A stretch of DNA of 64,000 nt. Origin: Eremomyces bilateralis CBS 781.70. Taxonomy: Eukaryota. A program made the translations under genes and the position numbers. Of this stretch, positions 10,286 through 23,339 are shown in pieces; position 1 is the first letter of the stretch; each line of letters starts with the position of its first letter. Below the pieces are notes generated by a model, which made no database searches, was not told the DNA's origin, and was given only the letters and a program-made list of their open reading frames with translations. The DNA lies in the NCBI GenBank assembly GCA_010015585.1, contig ML975153.1; one strand, 5' to 3'.

Positions 10286-11227
10286 GTTGGAAAGAAAATA
10301 TTGGAAAAAGATTTGGTTATCAAAGGACTGACTGTCCAGAGAAGCTCTGGGCTTGGGAATGAATGGAATTCAAGGTGTCGTTCAGGCCGTACTGACACTG
10401 TGGTCCGATGGTGATGCAACCCCCTTTATATCTGCATGTCTACCGCAGTTGGGTGATCTCGAAATGACGGGCGCCTCCCCCAGGCTCTCCACGTAATTTG
10501 CGGAGATATAATACTTCACGCAGGCGCAGTGTGAAGCTCATCTTCAATCTACTTCACAGGCGAGCATAAAACGACGAGGGAGACCATAGTACCAAAGTAC
10601 CTAGGCCAAGAACAATAAGCATTGTGGATGGAGAACATTGCCCAGTCACCGTTGCTTGGGGCAATCTTAACTGAGGAACGTCGAAAGAGAAGACTTAGAA
10701 CAGAAGCCGAAAACATATTACTCAGACTGATATGTAGACCATCCCAGGAAATGATGCCCTCCATTGGATGGAAATCCGCGCCACTCCCTCCTCCAGACTC
10801 CTGCTTTTATGCGAGGCCGAATAAACGGTTTACCCTAAGGGCCAGAAAAGATTCGTCTCCGGTGAGGTCAACTTCGTATAACTTCGTATATAGATTGAAC
10901 GCCGATGTACGAGGACCCCTTCTCAGCCGCCGAGCAACATCCCATCTGACGATAGGTTCGGATATTGATCCGAAGCGGGTGCCGGACAAATGACACAAGG
11001 TCTTGGCAGGGATTGATTTTGCGGTTCCCGGCAGGCCCGGCACCCAGGCGACAGATTTCGGGGCCCATCACTTTGAGAGGAGTCTGCATCAGTGTACAAA
11101 AACCGCATGTGTTATTGATTGAATTTCTCAACTAACACAAGTTTAAACACTGTTAAATATAAATGATGCTATCTAGGACGCTTAAAAGCTCTATATCTAA
11201 CAGATTCTAGGGGTTTCCGCCTTAAAA

Positions 11228-11522
11228 CCTCCAATCAGTTGTCCCTCTGTCTATCACGACCTGAAGCTTTTCAGGCATAGGATCAATGCGGGAATTGATC
11301 CATTCCTGCTTAACACCGTCCTATCCGTCTTTTAGAAGCTGTTACGTCTAGTTGGGCTCCCAATGGGTATATTTACGTACGTGTTGCTTCGTCGGTTGGA
11401 AACAGTCTCGACGATCGCGAGATCCGGAGATGATGCGCAATTGAAGTAGTGTTTCAGACCGTTTTGAGCCTTCAATTCCTTCACGATATTTCCCTTACTC
11501 CGTGAGGGCCTATGACCAGAAC
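11228..11522 (-). mobile_element. Tc1/mariner (DD34E-type) transposase 3' relic
   Basis: SGH..SKGNIVKE.KAQNGLKHYFNCASSPDLAIVE, then after a frameshift CFQPTKQHVRKY.HW...KQEWINSRIDPMPEKLQVVID; contains several stops. Confidence 0.8.
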
Positions 11523-11760
11523 AATGGCCATGGGGTATAGACGTATAGTATACGGTAATTGACCCAAGCCTTGGCAATTCGTATACGAGTCTTATGCGAC
11601 CCGTACAGGTCGACGTCCGACGTCGGTAGCCGAGAACATATTAGGGCTAAGTGTTGTATCCTGGTATTCTGACCAAGGGCAAGGGACAACTTTGGTATTT
11701 GAACTAGGCCAGATCAGTCACAGAGATCACGTGACTTACTCACTGACTTGCACGGATCGC

Positions 11761-12318
11761 CCCACTCTCAGATGAACTTTCGTGTGAGAGTCACCAAGCC
11801 GGCCATTGAGTCTGCAGGTCGTCCCACCCTCAGATGAGTTTTCGTCTGAGAGTGCACGGTCCATAGAGGCACATTACATGACCCGCACGGTCCATACTAC
11901 TTCTCACACTCAGACGAACCTGCCAAAATGTATGCATAATGCATTAGGAATACATTTATTATAGCCCAGTTTCTAAAGATTTGGTATATAATGTATTAGG
12001 GATATGTTCGTAATTCATTTCTAACCTATTAGAAGAGTTCGCCCAAAGCTGTGTTGGTTCAGAATGCTTTCAAAATGCATTTGAAATGCATTCCGTTGGA
12101 ACTTACATCTTGCCCCCAAGGCTCCGTGTCCAAAGGTTGCGACGGCAGAGCACAGAACAGCTGGTATAAGGTAGTGTAAGAAGGAAAGTTCATCTGAGAG
12201 CGGGCATTGTCATCTGAGTGTGGATGGTCTGTGTCTTTCGGCAAAACATATGAGTTTATGACCGGGTTGGCGATTCTCATACGAAAGTTCATCTGAGAGT
12301 GGGCCGAACTGTAGACTC
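11761..12318. mobile_element. Non-autonomous inverted-repeat element (MITE-like, ~560 bp)
   Basis: 11761-11813 and 11808-11850 both resemble the reverse complement of 12251-12318 (core cccactctcagatgaactttcgt). Further partial copies at ~11905, ~12186 and ~12211. No recognisable coding capacity. Confidence 0.7.
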
Positions 12319-13498
12319 CAACACAACACTTAGACAGATCAATTTGTCGCGGCATTCCAGCCTCCGAAGCGGTCAACGTTGAAATTCTCGACATAGCTGA
12401 GAAACGGAAGGAATGACTGTAGCGAACCTGAAAAGTGAGATGTGCAATGTACGAAACAGGTACATGGTATGGAAGAAAAGTGGCAAGCTGTTAATGTTTT
12501 TCATGTTGTTTAATGCGACAATATATTAAACGGAACATGGTCTCAACGCGGCACGTGCAAGCTACCTCTGCGCCAGAACGGCTAGATTCTAGAAGGCTAG
12601 ATACGCCTTGCGTCACAATACGCTTCAATGAGACATAATTAAGGCTCGAGTCGGATGACCAGTTCTACACGGCCAGTTCTGGAGCAATTCACTATCTGGT
12701 CTCCTTCCCTGGTACAAGCCACTTGAGCTTGTGAGTCAATTTTGAACGCAAGTTGGTTCGATTCCCTTGAACAGTTGAATGCCGATGCTTTGACTTAAGA
12801 GGTTCTAATGGGTCCGATGCACCGCAGCCTGGCGACCAAAGTGTCACAGGAAAATTACCTTAGCTATATCTGCCCTTCTACTAGCCTCCTAGTAGGGGCG
12901 TCCCTTTTTGGGGATTTAGCTTAGTTGGTTACATTTGACACAAAGACCAAGTACCTTGGCATATCGTCGTGATAATTAGATCCTACAACCCGATGCATTC
13001 TCAATCATACATTGAACTCGAAGAAATTGCTAGTTTGATTAGAATCACTTGCTTCAGCAGATTCCAGAGGGGTCCCATTTGTTGTACTGTAGATATCGAG
13101 TCCTCAGAAAAGCCGTCTGCTTGCCCCTATCGGTCCCTTTCATCCTTCCTTTACGCGACTGGGCCAGAATATTCACAGCAAGAGGGAGAAGACTTGCTCT
13201 TTCTGGCCTATTATAATCGATTATGTTGAAAAGAAAGTAGATCGTCGTGATCACAGGGGCTGGGATATCTGTCAATGCCGGCCTAGTAGCAGTACATCGA
13301 TGCAGGCCACTCCAAGAACTTTCTCCCCCTTAGGCCTTTGGCTGGAAAAGGCTGCAGACAACTTCAGATTCAATAGCGTCGCTTGGTATAAGCGAGTATA
13401 GGTCTTAGACGCACTAGTGAGACTCATCGACATGATGCCAAATACCATCATTAACCCTAGATATCGCAGCTGGGTCAAGATGACTTTGGCACGGCGTC

Positions 13499-14256
13499 TT
13501 AGGCGCCCTCGAGTTGCGTCGTAGGATCCGCGTCCGCATCAAGAGAACAATCGCACAGTGTCCACGAGCCATCCCGCAAAGCATCTCGAATTTTGCGTTC
13601 GTGACGATACCACCGCAGATTTCCTCTGTCCATTCCTGATAGCATATCAAAATGGTACTGTTGATGCTTCCTCTTTAATTTCTGCGCAAACGACTTGACC
13701 TTGACATCTATATTGTAGCGGTAGAGGTACTCGACGTGACAGGTGATATGGAGCCAATATAGCGGGTCCTCCAATGGATCGTCTAGTAGAGCTCCGATAA
13801 GAGAATCAAGAAGCGCTGGGAGCCGAGGAACGGAGGAAGTGAGAGATTTTGCGCCATGACACGGCCCGTTGAGAAATCAAAATGCTAGTCTTTGGCAGGA
13901 AGCAGGATGGTCTCTCCTGGTTCCGATATAGCGCCAACTAGACGAACTGATTGAGGATCTTGTACCTCATTGTCATTGGTTGGAGGCAGCAGTCGGCGCT
14001 GCGGCGTGTCGACAGTCGCGCTTCCAATCCTTGCTGGTGCCGAACTCAAGGTCCAGCCGAGCCGCTGTATCAAAACCTCAGCGGCTTCGTCCAGGTTATT
14101 GACTAGAAGATAGAGATGAAAGATTCCTGTCGGGATACCATAGCGTAGGAGGGCATCTTCAAACCAAATCACGTAAGGGATGTGATGATCGCGTAGGACA
14201 GTACAAGGCTGGTATCTAGCCCCTGTAAGTTCGAACTCACGCATAAGGGTTGTCAT
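13499..14256 (-). pseudogene. Disrupted fungal hypothetical gene (IWFEDAL..YG.PT motif)
   Basis: The 123-aa N-part ends in TAG (13885-13887). After a 1-nt frameshift it continues VPRLPALLDSLIGALLDDP...HQQYHFD to 13499. Confidence 0.7.
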
Positions 14257-15508
14257 CGCATTTCAAGATAAAGGCAAAGTGGCATAGGCGGCGGTAATTG
14301 AGGTCGGGTTGAGATTTGTGCAGTGTTGCAGTTCGACCCTAGCGTGTCGCTTAAGGCATTTGAGTTGAATTGTTCTTCGGTGTGAGCAGCTCGTGTCTCA
14401 TATAGGAACTTTGATGCGGTGGAAGAATAGTTGTGATGAATGGTATTTAACCGCCGCAGCTTTGACATGGTGGAAAAACTGACAACAGTCGCCGCAGGTG
14501 TCGCTGTAGTGAGGCTACACATGAACCTATCAGAGATCCACTTTGCTAACCACCACGATGATTTTAAACATGCAAAGCTTATTCTTAGCCGGCATTGGTT
14601 GAGTAGCATCCTCACCTCAACGGCTCAACCTCATTGGTACATAAGTCGAGATGACCAATAGCTTCAACCGAAATTCAAAGGCAAGAGGAGAGAGAGAGAG
14701 AGGTTCATACGCCTGTCAGGCCTCTCTGCGAGGCCAATGTGGGGAACTACCTAGGCTGCCTAATTAAATGTGTTAGTGCCTTGTGGCCTTGTGTCCCCAT
14801 TCCTCCGGTAGAGATCGGTTGACTTTGAGGATAGAAAACAAGATACGAATGCGAAAGTTAATAGAACAATAAATGAGGACATTGAGAAAGCATGAGAGCG
14901 AAGTTCCGGTTAGCCCTGCGGATGTCGAGCAGCGCTGGCAGTGCTCATCATGAAGTGAAGGGCGCCGACTTCTCCTTACCTACCGTAGCAACGGAAACCG
15001 GGTATAGGACAGTACAGAATAAATGCACCTACCTATGTGATAAACAAATGCTACAGCGCGAGAGCTATGGAACGACATCGGGCTGGGAGGAAGTTCACAC
15101 CGGGGGTGATTCATGAAAGCGATCCATGTCCCGTCCACATTGCGTACCGCTGCGCTTCAGGGATGCCATGCCATGACTTGACGTGACGACGACGAGAATT
15201 GACAAGACCGCCATTGGAAGCAGGATTCTGGACGAGGTTGGCTGATCGATAAAATCTTGTGCAGGAGATCCAAGGAAGATGAAACTATTGGGAGGTACCC
15301 GAAGACCACGCGATGAAAATGCTACCTTGAGGAAGGAGCTCGACCGAAAGTGCATAATTACATGGGCCGGCGCGACTAGAGATGCGATGAACGATCAGAT
15401 ATCCACGACACATTTCACGTCACACAGTGTTAGTCCCCAACATTGAAGATTGGAAAAGCGCGCTATGCATTGCTATCCCTCATGGCTATGACATACAACA
15501 ACAGGCAA

Positions 15509-15535
15509 CAGGCAGGCAGGCAGGCAGGCAGGCAG
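15509..15535. repeat. (CAGG)n microsatellite
   Basis: caggcaggcagg... Confidence 0.9.
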
Positions 15536-15620
15536 ATTGGTAGGCAAGGCGCGGTAGGTTCTCCCATCCCATCCCATCCCATCTCCAATATCGAACACCG
15601 AAATATCCCAGAAACACACA

Positions 15621-15642
15621 ACACACACACACACACACACAC
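15621..15642. repeat. (AC)11 microsatellite
   Basis: Direct reading. Confidence 0.95.
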
Positions 15643-17139
15643 CAGACGCATCCGACCAATGCAACACCCCGCGAACCAACCATAAGTAAAACACGCTCGT
15701 CAATGCCGCACATCCGTCCAGACCGAACCACATACACACCGAAATCAACCGACGGAAAGGGGAAAACAAACTCCGAGAATATCGCATCCATCCGATTCCG
15801 ACCATCCCGATTTCGGAGATCCAGTCCAGATCCAGGCGCATCGCATCGCATCGCAATCTTGCAAACTATAGTATCGTATCCCGAAAGCCGTCCAAACCGC
15901 ACCGACACCGGCAAGTTCGTTGGAAGAAGGCAAGGAAAGCGAGGCGAGCAGGATAGCAATAGAAACAGGGAAGGACCGCACCAAAAACGGAATGGATGGA
16001 TGGGATGGAATAGAGAAAATGTACAGGAGATGGACAGGCAAAACCACAACAACAAAGTCAGATGTCCGTTTCCTGGGAGATCGCAAACACCGTGCCGCAT
16101 GATGAACCAACCGAACCGAACCGAACCATTCCATGCTGCCATGCCGTTGCGAGAGGGAGATATAGAGGGAGAGAGGGGGGGAAGGATGCCGTCCATAGCC
16201 GGAAAGGCAACAACGCGCCGATGTCGAAATGTGCGCCTCGAAAACCACCGGAAAACCCCGCTCGTTTCGTCGACCATTTGCGCATATTGCATCCCGATGT
16301 AAGTCATCCTCGACGTACATAAGAAAGAAAAAAAGCCCCGGATATTTGCCATGTTGGTTTCGCCATCCCGTTGTTTTCAATCGGTTGCGGATGCTGGTGT
16401 GTTTTTGGACAAAGACAATACAGATATGTATGTGTATCGTCGCGGGGGGAGAGAAGGGGGAGGAGGGAAAAAAACAGAGAACTCCGGGTCCGATTATCCA
16501 GGATCATGAGTCGACGTGATCGTGAGATGAGGTATTTCGCGCAGAGAGTGGGAGAGAGGGAGGAAATAGACGAAAGAACATCGGAGACACCGGACAGCCG
16601 TGGCATGCAGAAAAACCCAAAGGAAACGCAACCCAAGAAAACACAACTGCGAGATCGAACGGTTGATACAAATCCACCTTAATCGATCTTCCTAGTTCCC
16701 CACCATGATGCAATTCTATTTCGATGTTTTATTTTTTGTCTTGGAGAAAATCAAAGACTCGCTCGTAGTCCCCGTTTCATGATTTGAATATTGAATCGTG
16801 ATAAAAACGCCGTTGCAGTCCAAGACAGACTTCGTGATATCACCCGTGGTTTAAAGGTGTCGTCGTTCCCGATATCGAATAAAGAGATAGGGGAAAGTAA
16901 AGGTATACTTTGTACAGGTCGGAGAGAATCGAAGAGGAAGGCGACCGAGAACGGTGGAGGATCGTCCGAGAGGCCAGGGAGGGAAGACGCGGATACACCA
17001 GCGCGAAGTCTTAGCAACACAGAACGCTTAGGGTCATGAAACGGACATCGGAAAGGATTAAATTGGCGGATCGATGGAAGATCGATGGAAGATCGATGGG
17101 TGGATTTGACCCGGCCGTCGCAAAGTCCAAGGACGGACA

Positions 17140-17817
17140 TTACCAAACCCGTCCAACCATCTGTCTTGCAGGCGAGATAGATGGAGGAGGGCTTGCGATG
17201 TTGCGAGTGGCTGGATTGACGATCGGGATGGCCTTGCCAGAGGAGCGTTGTGCGATTGGCTGGTGTATCTTTGTCGATGATGGATGTTGCGATGAGAGGG
17301 ATTGTAGGTAGGTCGAAGCGGGAAGCATGAAGGCGGGTGTAGGTTGGAGTTGATGTTGCAGAGGCGATTGCTCGGGGGAGCCGCTGGATAGCGACGAACG
17401 ATCGGATCCGGAGGAGTGCATGGAGGTGAGCTGATTGAGAATTGCGGTCAGCATCATCGACTCGAAAAGCGCGGTATCATCACGTTGCATCGGGAGAATT
17501 CCTGCACATACATCCTCATCGGTCAACAAGCTAAACGGACAGAACAGCTCGTCGTCTTCCAGGTCGAAGGACCGTGCGGCTTCGAAGTTCAATCGGTACG
17601 CACTCACGGCGGCTGCCTCCACGATGTCTTTGTGTGTACGCGCCACCCGCATTTGCTGCTGTTGCTGCTGTTTGTGATGATGCGCGGCTGACGACATGCG
17701 CGGTGCTCGTCTTGAACGACCACCGTGGTGATTGTGCGAGTGAGCGGCATGTCCCGAGTGCGAGTGATGTTGTTGGTGAGGCGGCGGAGCACCGAAGAAA
17801 AGGCCGTGATTCGACAT
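17140..17817 (-). CDS. Conserved low-complexity Pezizomycotina hypothetical protein
   Basis: complement(join(17140..17430,17512..17817)). Motifs GGRSRRAPR, FEAARSFDLEDDELFCP and KAIPIVNP; intron GTATGT..CTGAC..CAG. Confidence 0.85.
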   Translation of the reverse strand: MSNHGLFFGAPPPHQQHHSHSGHAAHSHNHHGGRSRRAPRMSSAAHHHKQQQQQQMRVARTHKDIVEAAAVSAYRLNFEAARSFDLEDDELFCPFSLLTDEDVCAGILPMQRDDTALFESMMLTAILNQLTSMHSSGSDRSSLSSGSPEQSPLQHQLQPTPAFMLPASTYLQSLSSQHPSSTKIHQPIAQRSSGKAIPIVNPATRNIASPPPSISPARQMVGRVW

Positions 17818-20800
17818 GCGGGCGATTTCGGGGGGTGAGGGTTATCGAGCGAAAGCCAGCGTGGGAGTTGTCGATAGCGATGTTAATGTCGATGTGAATT
17901 TGGAAGATGTTGGGAAGGTTGTGAATGGAAAATGCGGGATGTTTGGCGGATGGCGGTGAGAGTGGGAGAGAAGTGGTGAGTGGACAAAGAGAATGAGAGA
18001 GTGGGAGAGAGAGATGAGTGGTCGAGTTGGAGTCTGCGGTGGTTCGGTGGTGGGAGGATTTGAGGAGAAGTGCGGCTGTGGTCTGTGTGGCCGGCGGGTC
18101 CCGTGATCCAGGGCAGTCTGTCCACTGTCCAGTCACTGCAGAGTCAGGTGCCTGGGCCAGTGGAATGACGCCAACGAAGTGAACGAACAGCCAAGTCCGG
18201 AACCGGAACCGGAGAGAGTAACGAGCTGCAGATTACAATGCGATGGTAATCTAGCAATGACGCCAATGAAAAACGATTGTTATAGATGGTGAAGTCACTC
18301 CCATAAAGATGAAGAATGTGAGTGGAGCGAAATGCGGAGAGGAGGCGAGAAAGGCGACGAAGAAGCACGTTGTTTCAAGATGAAGCTGGACTTGATGGAG
18401 GCAGGAGAGCGGCGGCAGGAGAGAGCGAGATGCTGCTGCAGACGGGCGGGTTTTTGCCTTCTGGGGGTTGATGATTCGACAGTTCGTGCTAAGGCCTTTT
18501 GAGTTTTGACTAGGGGGATTCCATCAATCTGATTGGATCTACACTATCATGAAGCGCCTCGATTCTCATCTCACTCCCGATTTCCTGCTTCCAGCCTTGC
18601 GCAGCCAGCATTCATCCAGCAATTAACCAGCATTCCACCAGCATCCCACGATTTGGCTCTTGGATTCGCACCTGTTCCAAACCTTCACTTCGCGATTCCA
18701 TCATCCATGCACCTCCATTTCCAGTCCAACTCCACAAGTCCATTCCATTGGAGGCGGTGGACACGTTAGATCGCCACCTGATTGGTCTGCGGGGCAACTG
18801 CGGCGCCTACGCTTGCCTCGATGCGGCCACCCCCTGGTCGAGAGCCGGTGTCAAGTGCTCATTCATATCGGCACGCGGCAGGGGCGATGCATGCAATTGC
18901 CAATGGAGAACCGTAGCAGAGTGAAAAAAGATCTCAAGGTGGCAGGGCAAAATCCACAACAATCGAGCCCTCGCCCCGCTTTCCCTGCAGCTAACAATTC
19001 GCCCCATCTCAGGCTCGTCTCAAATTGCATCAATCGTCTCCAGGATCCAGTCGCGCTTTCCAACCTCCTCGTCGTCGTTGTTGTTGTTGTTGCCCTCCCC
19101 TCCTTGCTCGTCCTGTCTCCTGCAGGACTTTCTCTCGGTTTCTTCGAATAGAAAGCTTCCCTATGCACGCTAATTCAACCACCCAATGACCCTCAGCCTC
19201 CTTCGAAGGCTGAGAAACCTTAGCTTCGTTGCAGATGATATCGTGAGGTCAAGGGCTCAGCGATCGCCTTGTGAGCTGACACCCTTGCCTGCCAATCCCT
19301 TCAAACTGTCCGTCGCCTGCCATCCGTAAAACACTTGCAATTGGGCGGGTGGTGGCGTCCTCCGCCAATTGCGCGAGTTTCCTCGGGCGGCCTCGGCGTC
19401 CTGGCTCACCAAATTTGGGCGCTCCCAGACGCCATGAGCCTCCAACCGCTCCTGCGACCGCCCTGGCTGGTGCGTTGAGATCATGGAGCCCCAATGCCAT
19501 CATTGATCATGAATATTGGCATCGGAAACGGCCGAATGCTTCGTGACGACGATCGCGGGGTATGGCGGTTGAGATTCACGAGATCAACATTACTGTTGTG
19601 CCGTCTCTCCAGACATCGTCTTTGTTCGCAGTCCGAAGGAGATACGGGCGGATAAGATGAACCAATGACGAGATGAGGTTTCGACCCTCGATATCCTGTC
19701 GCAGACCATTCCAGAATCTGCCGATCGCGTGTCCATCTCTCCTCCGTCGTTTGTCGGACGACTTTGGTCCTTGGATCGAGTGATCGGCACGCCTAACAAC
19801 CCCAGGCAAGATCGTGACATGACCGATACTACATTCACGCTTTCAGAAGAAGTACACGGGAAATTCACGTCGTACGGCAGCAAACGGTAAGCTACGTAAT
19901 ACCGATAGCCGTCAATTGGCAATGGAATTGGAATTGAAATCACCCAATCGACTCGAGCTTTCTGCTGTTGCGTCACCATATCTCCACGCCTTCGGTACTT
20001 CATTATCACGAATCGCTCCTGTACTACGAGTCTACGAGTTCCCAGCCCCCAGTCCAGCAAGGAACATCGCAGCATCTCCTCCCCTTCCCTCGACGCCTGC
20101 CTTCATCATCCCCCCATGCCAGATCCAATTCGCCACCCCAAATCCCATGCTATTTCGCTATCTCCAATAACTCCATCCCTCCCCTTCGAAATCTGACGTG
20201 AGCAATATCATACCCTGGCGACATCTCCCAGATATCCAACTCCCCTTTCCCTGAGTCCCCCACAACCCCCAACCCGCATCCGATCCGAAACCCCTCGCTG
20301 CCGCCATCCGCGTTTCACCAGCCTCCAACCCCGCCTCCATCGGTAAATCCGCCAACCAACCACTGACTGTCGACGTTCCTGTTCTGGGATGTGATGCAGG
20401 CTCCCATCTACGGACATGCGAAATTCGCCGCAAGGGGCGGCAGGTATCCGTTGCAGACGAGCGGCATGTTTCGCGAGATGTTAGGCGGTTTGGAGATGCT
20501 AGGACTTTGTCATGCGTTCATGAGATCGGAAGTTCACTATACGTTAGTGGTGGTCGCTCAGTGCTGGTAGTTCATTGAAAACTCCTATCAAATCAAAGTG
20601 ACTGGCGTGATCAGATGCTATCGTGATACCCTCTACTCCGCACCGCGCCAGTGAATGCCGTTGGTATCCGTACGCATGAACCGAATCGTCCGACCAAGAG
20701 CTACATGTACCAGAATGTTGTTCGCGATACGCCTGCTCGTCGTCCGTTGTGCAGACCAGACTGATCGACCCCTTGCGCTCAGTAAGCCACCTTGATAGTA

Positions 20801-21636
20801 ATCTCGAGAAATGCAACGCAACGTCTCTCGAACCCCAGGACCAAGGCGAGTCCGAGAATTCGACATATCGCCCATCTCCCAATAATGCCTTACCTACGCC
20901 ATTTCTCGCCTTGTATAGCACTAGCGTGCGTTTCACATCCCCTAAACACGAAGCGGGGCAAGTTTCCTTCCTCTCCTCGCGACCCGTCCCAGCAGTCTAG
21001 CACCACTGACGCAACGGGTCAACGCAGAGGGCCGGTTGGGACGCGGATTCTAGGTTGGCCTTATCGCGACCCTTGCGTGGGTGAGTGTTGGGCTGTTGGG
21101 ACGTTATCAAATAGATGAATGGGCTGGGGTGGTCCCGGGACCTGGTGTGTGGATTGGGGATGTAAGGGGGAGGATATAGATGAGGGATGGAGGGGGTTAG
21201 GAGTGCGAGGTCTGGGGATCACTGATTGGATTCAAAGGGGTCTGGTGTTCTCGAAGTCGAAGGACGGTGGTAAATCAGTGAGGCTATGCACTGGACGACG
21301 GACTATATGGACCACTATGGGGAATATCTAGACTCAACCCAAGAAGCTATTGCTTGAAGGTCTTGAAAGGATTTGATATTATCTCTAATGGATGTTGACG
21401 GTCATCGAGAAGTAGGATGTCCCGATTTAGTCTGCAGCAATATTAAAGCATCTGCGCGTATCGAAGCGGGATCACTCGGACAATTGAACGGCAAGACTGA
21501 AGACTCCGTGAACAAAACTCCCGAACGAAGATAGACATTGTAAATTAGAATGGGTATCGCCAAAGCAGCCACATACAGCGCCAAACCCCCCGAATCCAAC
21601 ACCAAAACGCAATGCATTCCCTTTCACCAAAGCAAC

Positions 21637-22825
21637 TCACTTATCCAACCCCCTCCCCTTCACAAACTTCCCAATCACCTCCTTACAATCCTTCTCCTTA
21701 TACGTCTCCCACACCTCGTACAACGAGATCATCTCCTGCGTGCAATCCACCATCGCCTCTATATCCACCTCGCTCTCCGCTAGCCAATTCATCATCTTCT
21801 GCACCTTCGCCGACAGCGCCGGCGTCGGCGCCCCCCCCGCCCCTCCCGTATTCCCACTGCCAGGCAGTTCCTGTCCCGCCGCTCCGCCACCGCTGAACGC
21901 GCTGCCGAGCGCCGCCTGCACGACCGACTGCATCGCCGCCTGCACCGCGCGATTCTGATGCATCCCATGCTGCAGAATCGCGCCGACCTTCTGGACGGGG
22001 TCGCCGTCCGAGCGCATAGCCGCGGCGCCGCCACTGCGCATGGCGGCGAGCTCCTTCTCCTTCCCGGCGGACCACGCCGCCTGCACGGGATTGAGGACGA
22101 CGGCGAGGAGGGCCGCGGTGAGGGCAATGACGTGGGGCGAGTGGAGGAGGGGGAGGTCGGTGACGTAGTGGTCGTTGATGATCCACCAGGCGAGGGAGAG
22201 CTCGTCGGGGGAGAGGTTGAAGGTGGGGGAGAGGTCGAGGAGGGTGCGGTAGGGGTGGTGGACGATGAGTTGGCTGGACATCACGGAGATGAGGGCGAAT
22301 TCGGTCTCGCCCATTTTGGAGGTGTCGGAGGTGATGACGTCTGGAGGGGGGGAGGGTTAGTTGGGGGTGGTTAGGGGGATGGGGGTGGAAGGGAACGTAC
22401 CGGGCCAGGTTTGCCGTGCTTCGCCAACGACATGGCGGATGTGTTGTGGGCATTCTTCCACCTTGCAGGCGAGATATAAGGCTGTGGAGAGAACCAGATA
22501 TGGGTTCGTCTCACGGATCTCAACTTTCGAATAGAATCGTCGCATGTAGACCTGAGCGGTTGCTAGCGCTTGCTGCTTAGTGCCGAGCGTGCCGCGTTTA
22601 GAGAAGCGTTGGAGTTCTAGACCGCCGTCAGCTTTCGATCTATATATTGATTCACCAGGACTCACGCTGGCAGAAGAAGATATTCAGTAAGCGACGATCG
22701 GGAAGTGGATATAACTGGACCAGATGCCGATGCTTGTCTTCCAGCCGTTGTCGGATATCCGCGAGCTCCTGGCGCGTGAACGTCCAGTAGCGGCGTTGAG
22801 ATGAGTCCCAGTAGTTGGCTGCCAT
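21637..22825 (-). CDS. ssn8: Cyclin C, Mediator kinase module
   Basis: [67 protein letters not shown]. Introns 22617-22665 and 22341-22400. Confidence 0.95.
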
Positions 22826-23310
22826 GCTGAAACGGGTACAGTCCGTCGGTATACTGAGAAAGGATAGATCTACTGGAGTGGTAGAATTAAGAATTGGATG
22901 CTAGGTGTATCCACGGGGGTGAGGATACTGGAGTTTATGTCGTTTGCGTTGCATTAGTTGTCGGGAGATCCTAGGTTATTACATATGTAGTGAGTATTTC
23001 CAAATATTTGTGCTCATAGAGGCTCACAAGAGCAAGCCATAATATTCAATATTTATGCCCATGTTGAGGTTGAAGATGAAGTTCAACTCTTTCCAGGGTC
23101 TAGAGAAGGACTGGCAGGGATCCGACGACATCAAACTCCGACTGCAGGCCTATCTCGACCACATTCAGACTACCAACTTCTTCAACGACAACGACACTTC
23201 TAGTGAAATTGGATTAACCAGGAGGAGTATTCAGACGGGCACTTGTACTTAACTACTTATGGCTTACAATGCTAAGTGTCAGAGACATGTCTTGCCCTCG
23301 GAAAGACCGT

Positions 23311-23333
23311 GATATTGATATTGATATTGATAT
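23311..23333. repeat. (GATATT)4 repeat
   Basis: Direct reading. Confidence 0.85.
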
Positions 23334-23339
23334 CCGGAC

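Noticed and set aside
10807..11043. GLPGTAKS P-loop-like fragment
   Set aside because: Imperfect Walker A in a short ORF with no supporting motifs; may be a relic but cannot be supported.
1..14300. Starship or other giant cargo element
   Set aside because: No tyrosine-recombinase captain is seen; the TIR pair closes at 7370, so the cutinase is outside the element.
15443..16713. Cluster of overlapping 100-290-aa ORFs
   Set aside because: Arise from microsatellite-rich, purine-skewed UTR-like sequence; translations are not protein-like.
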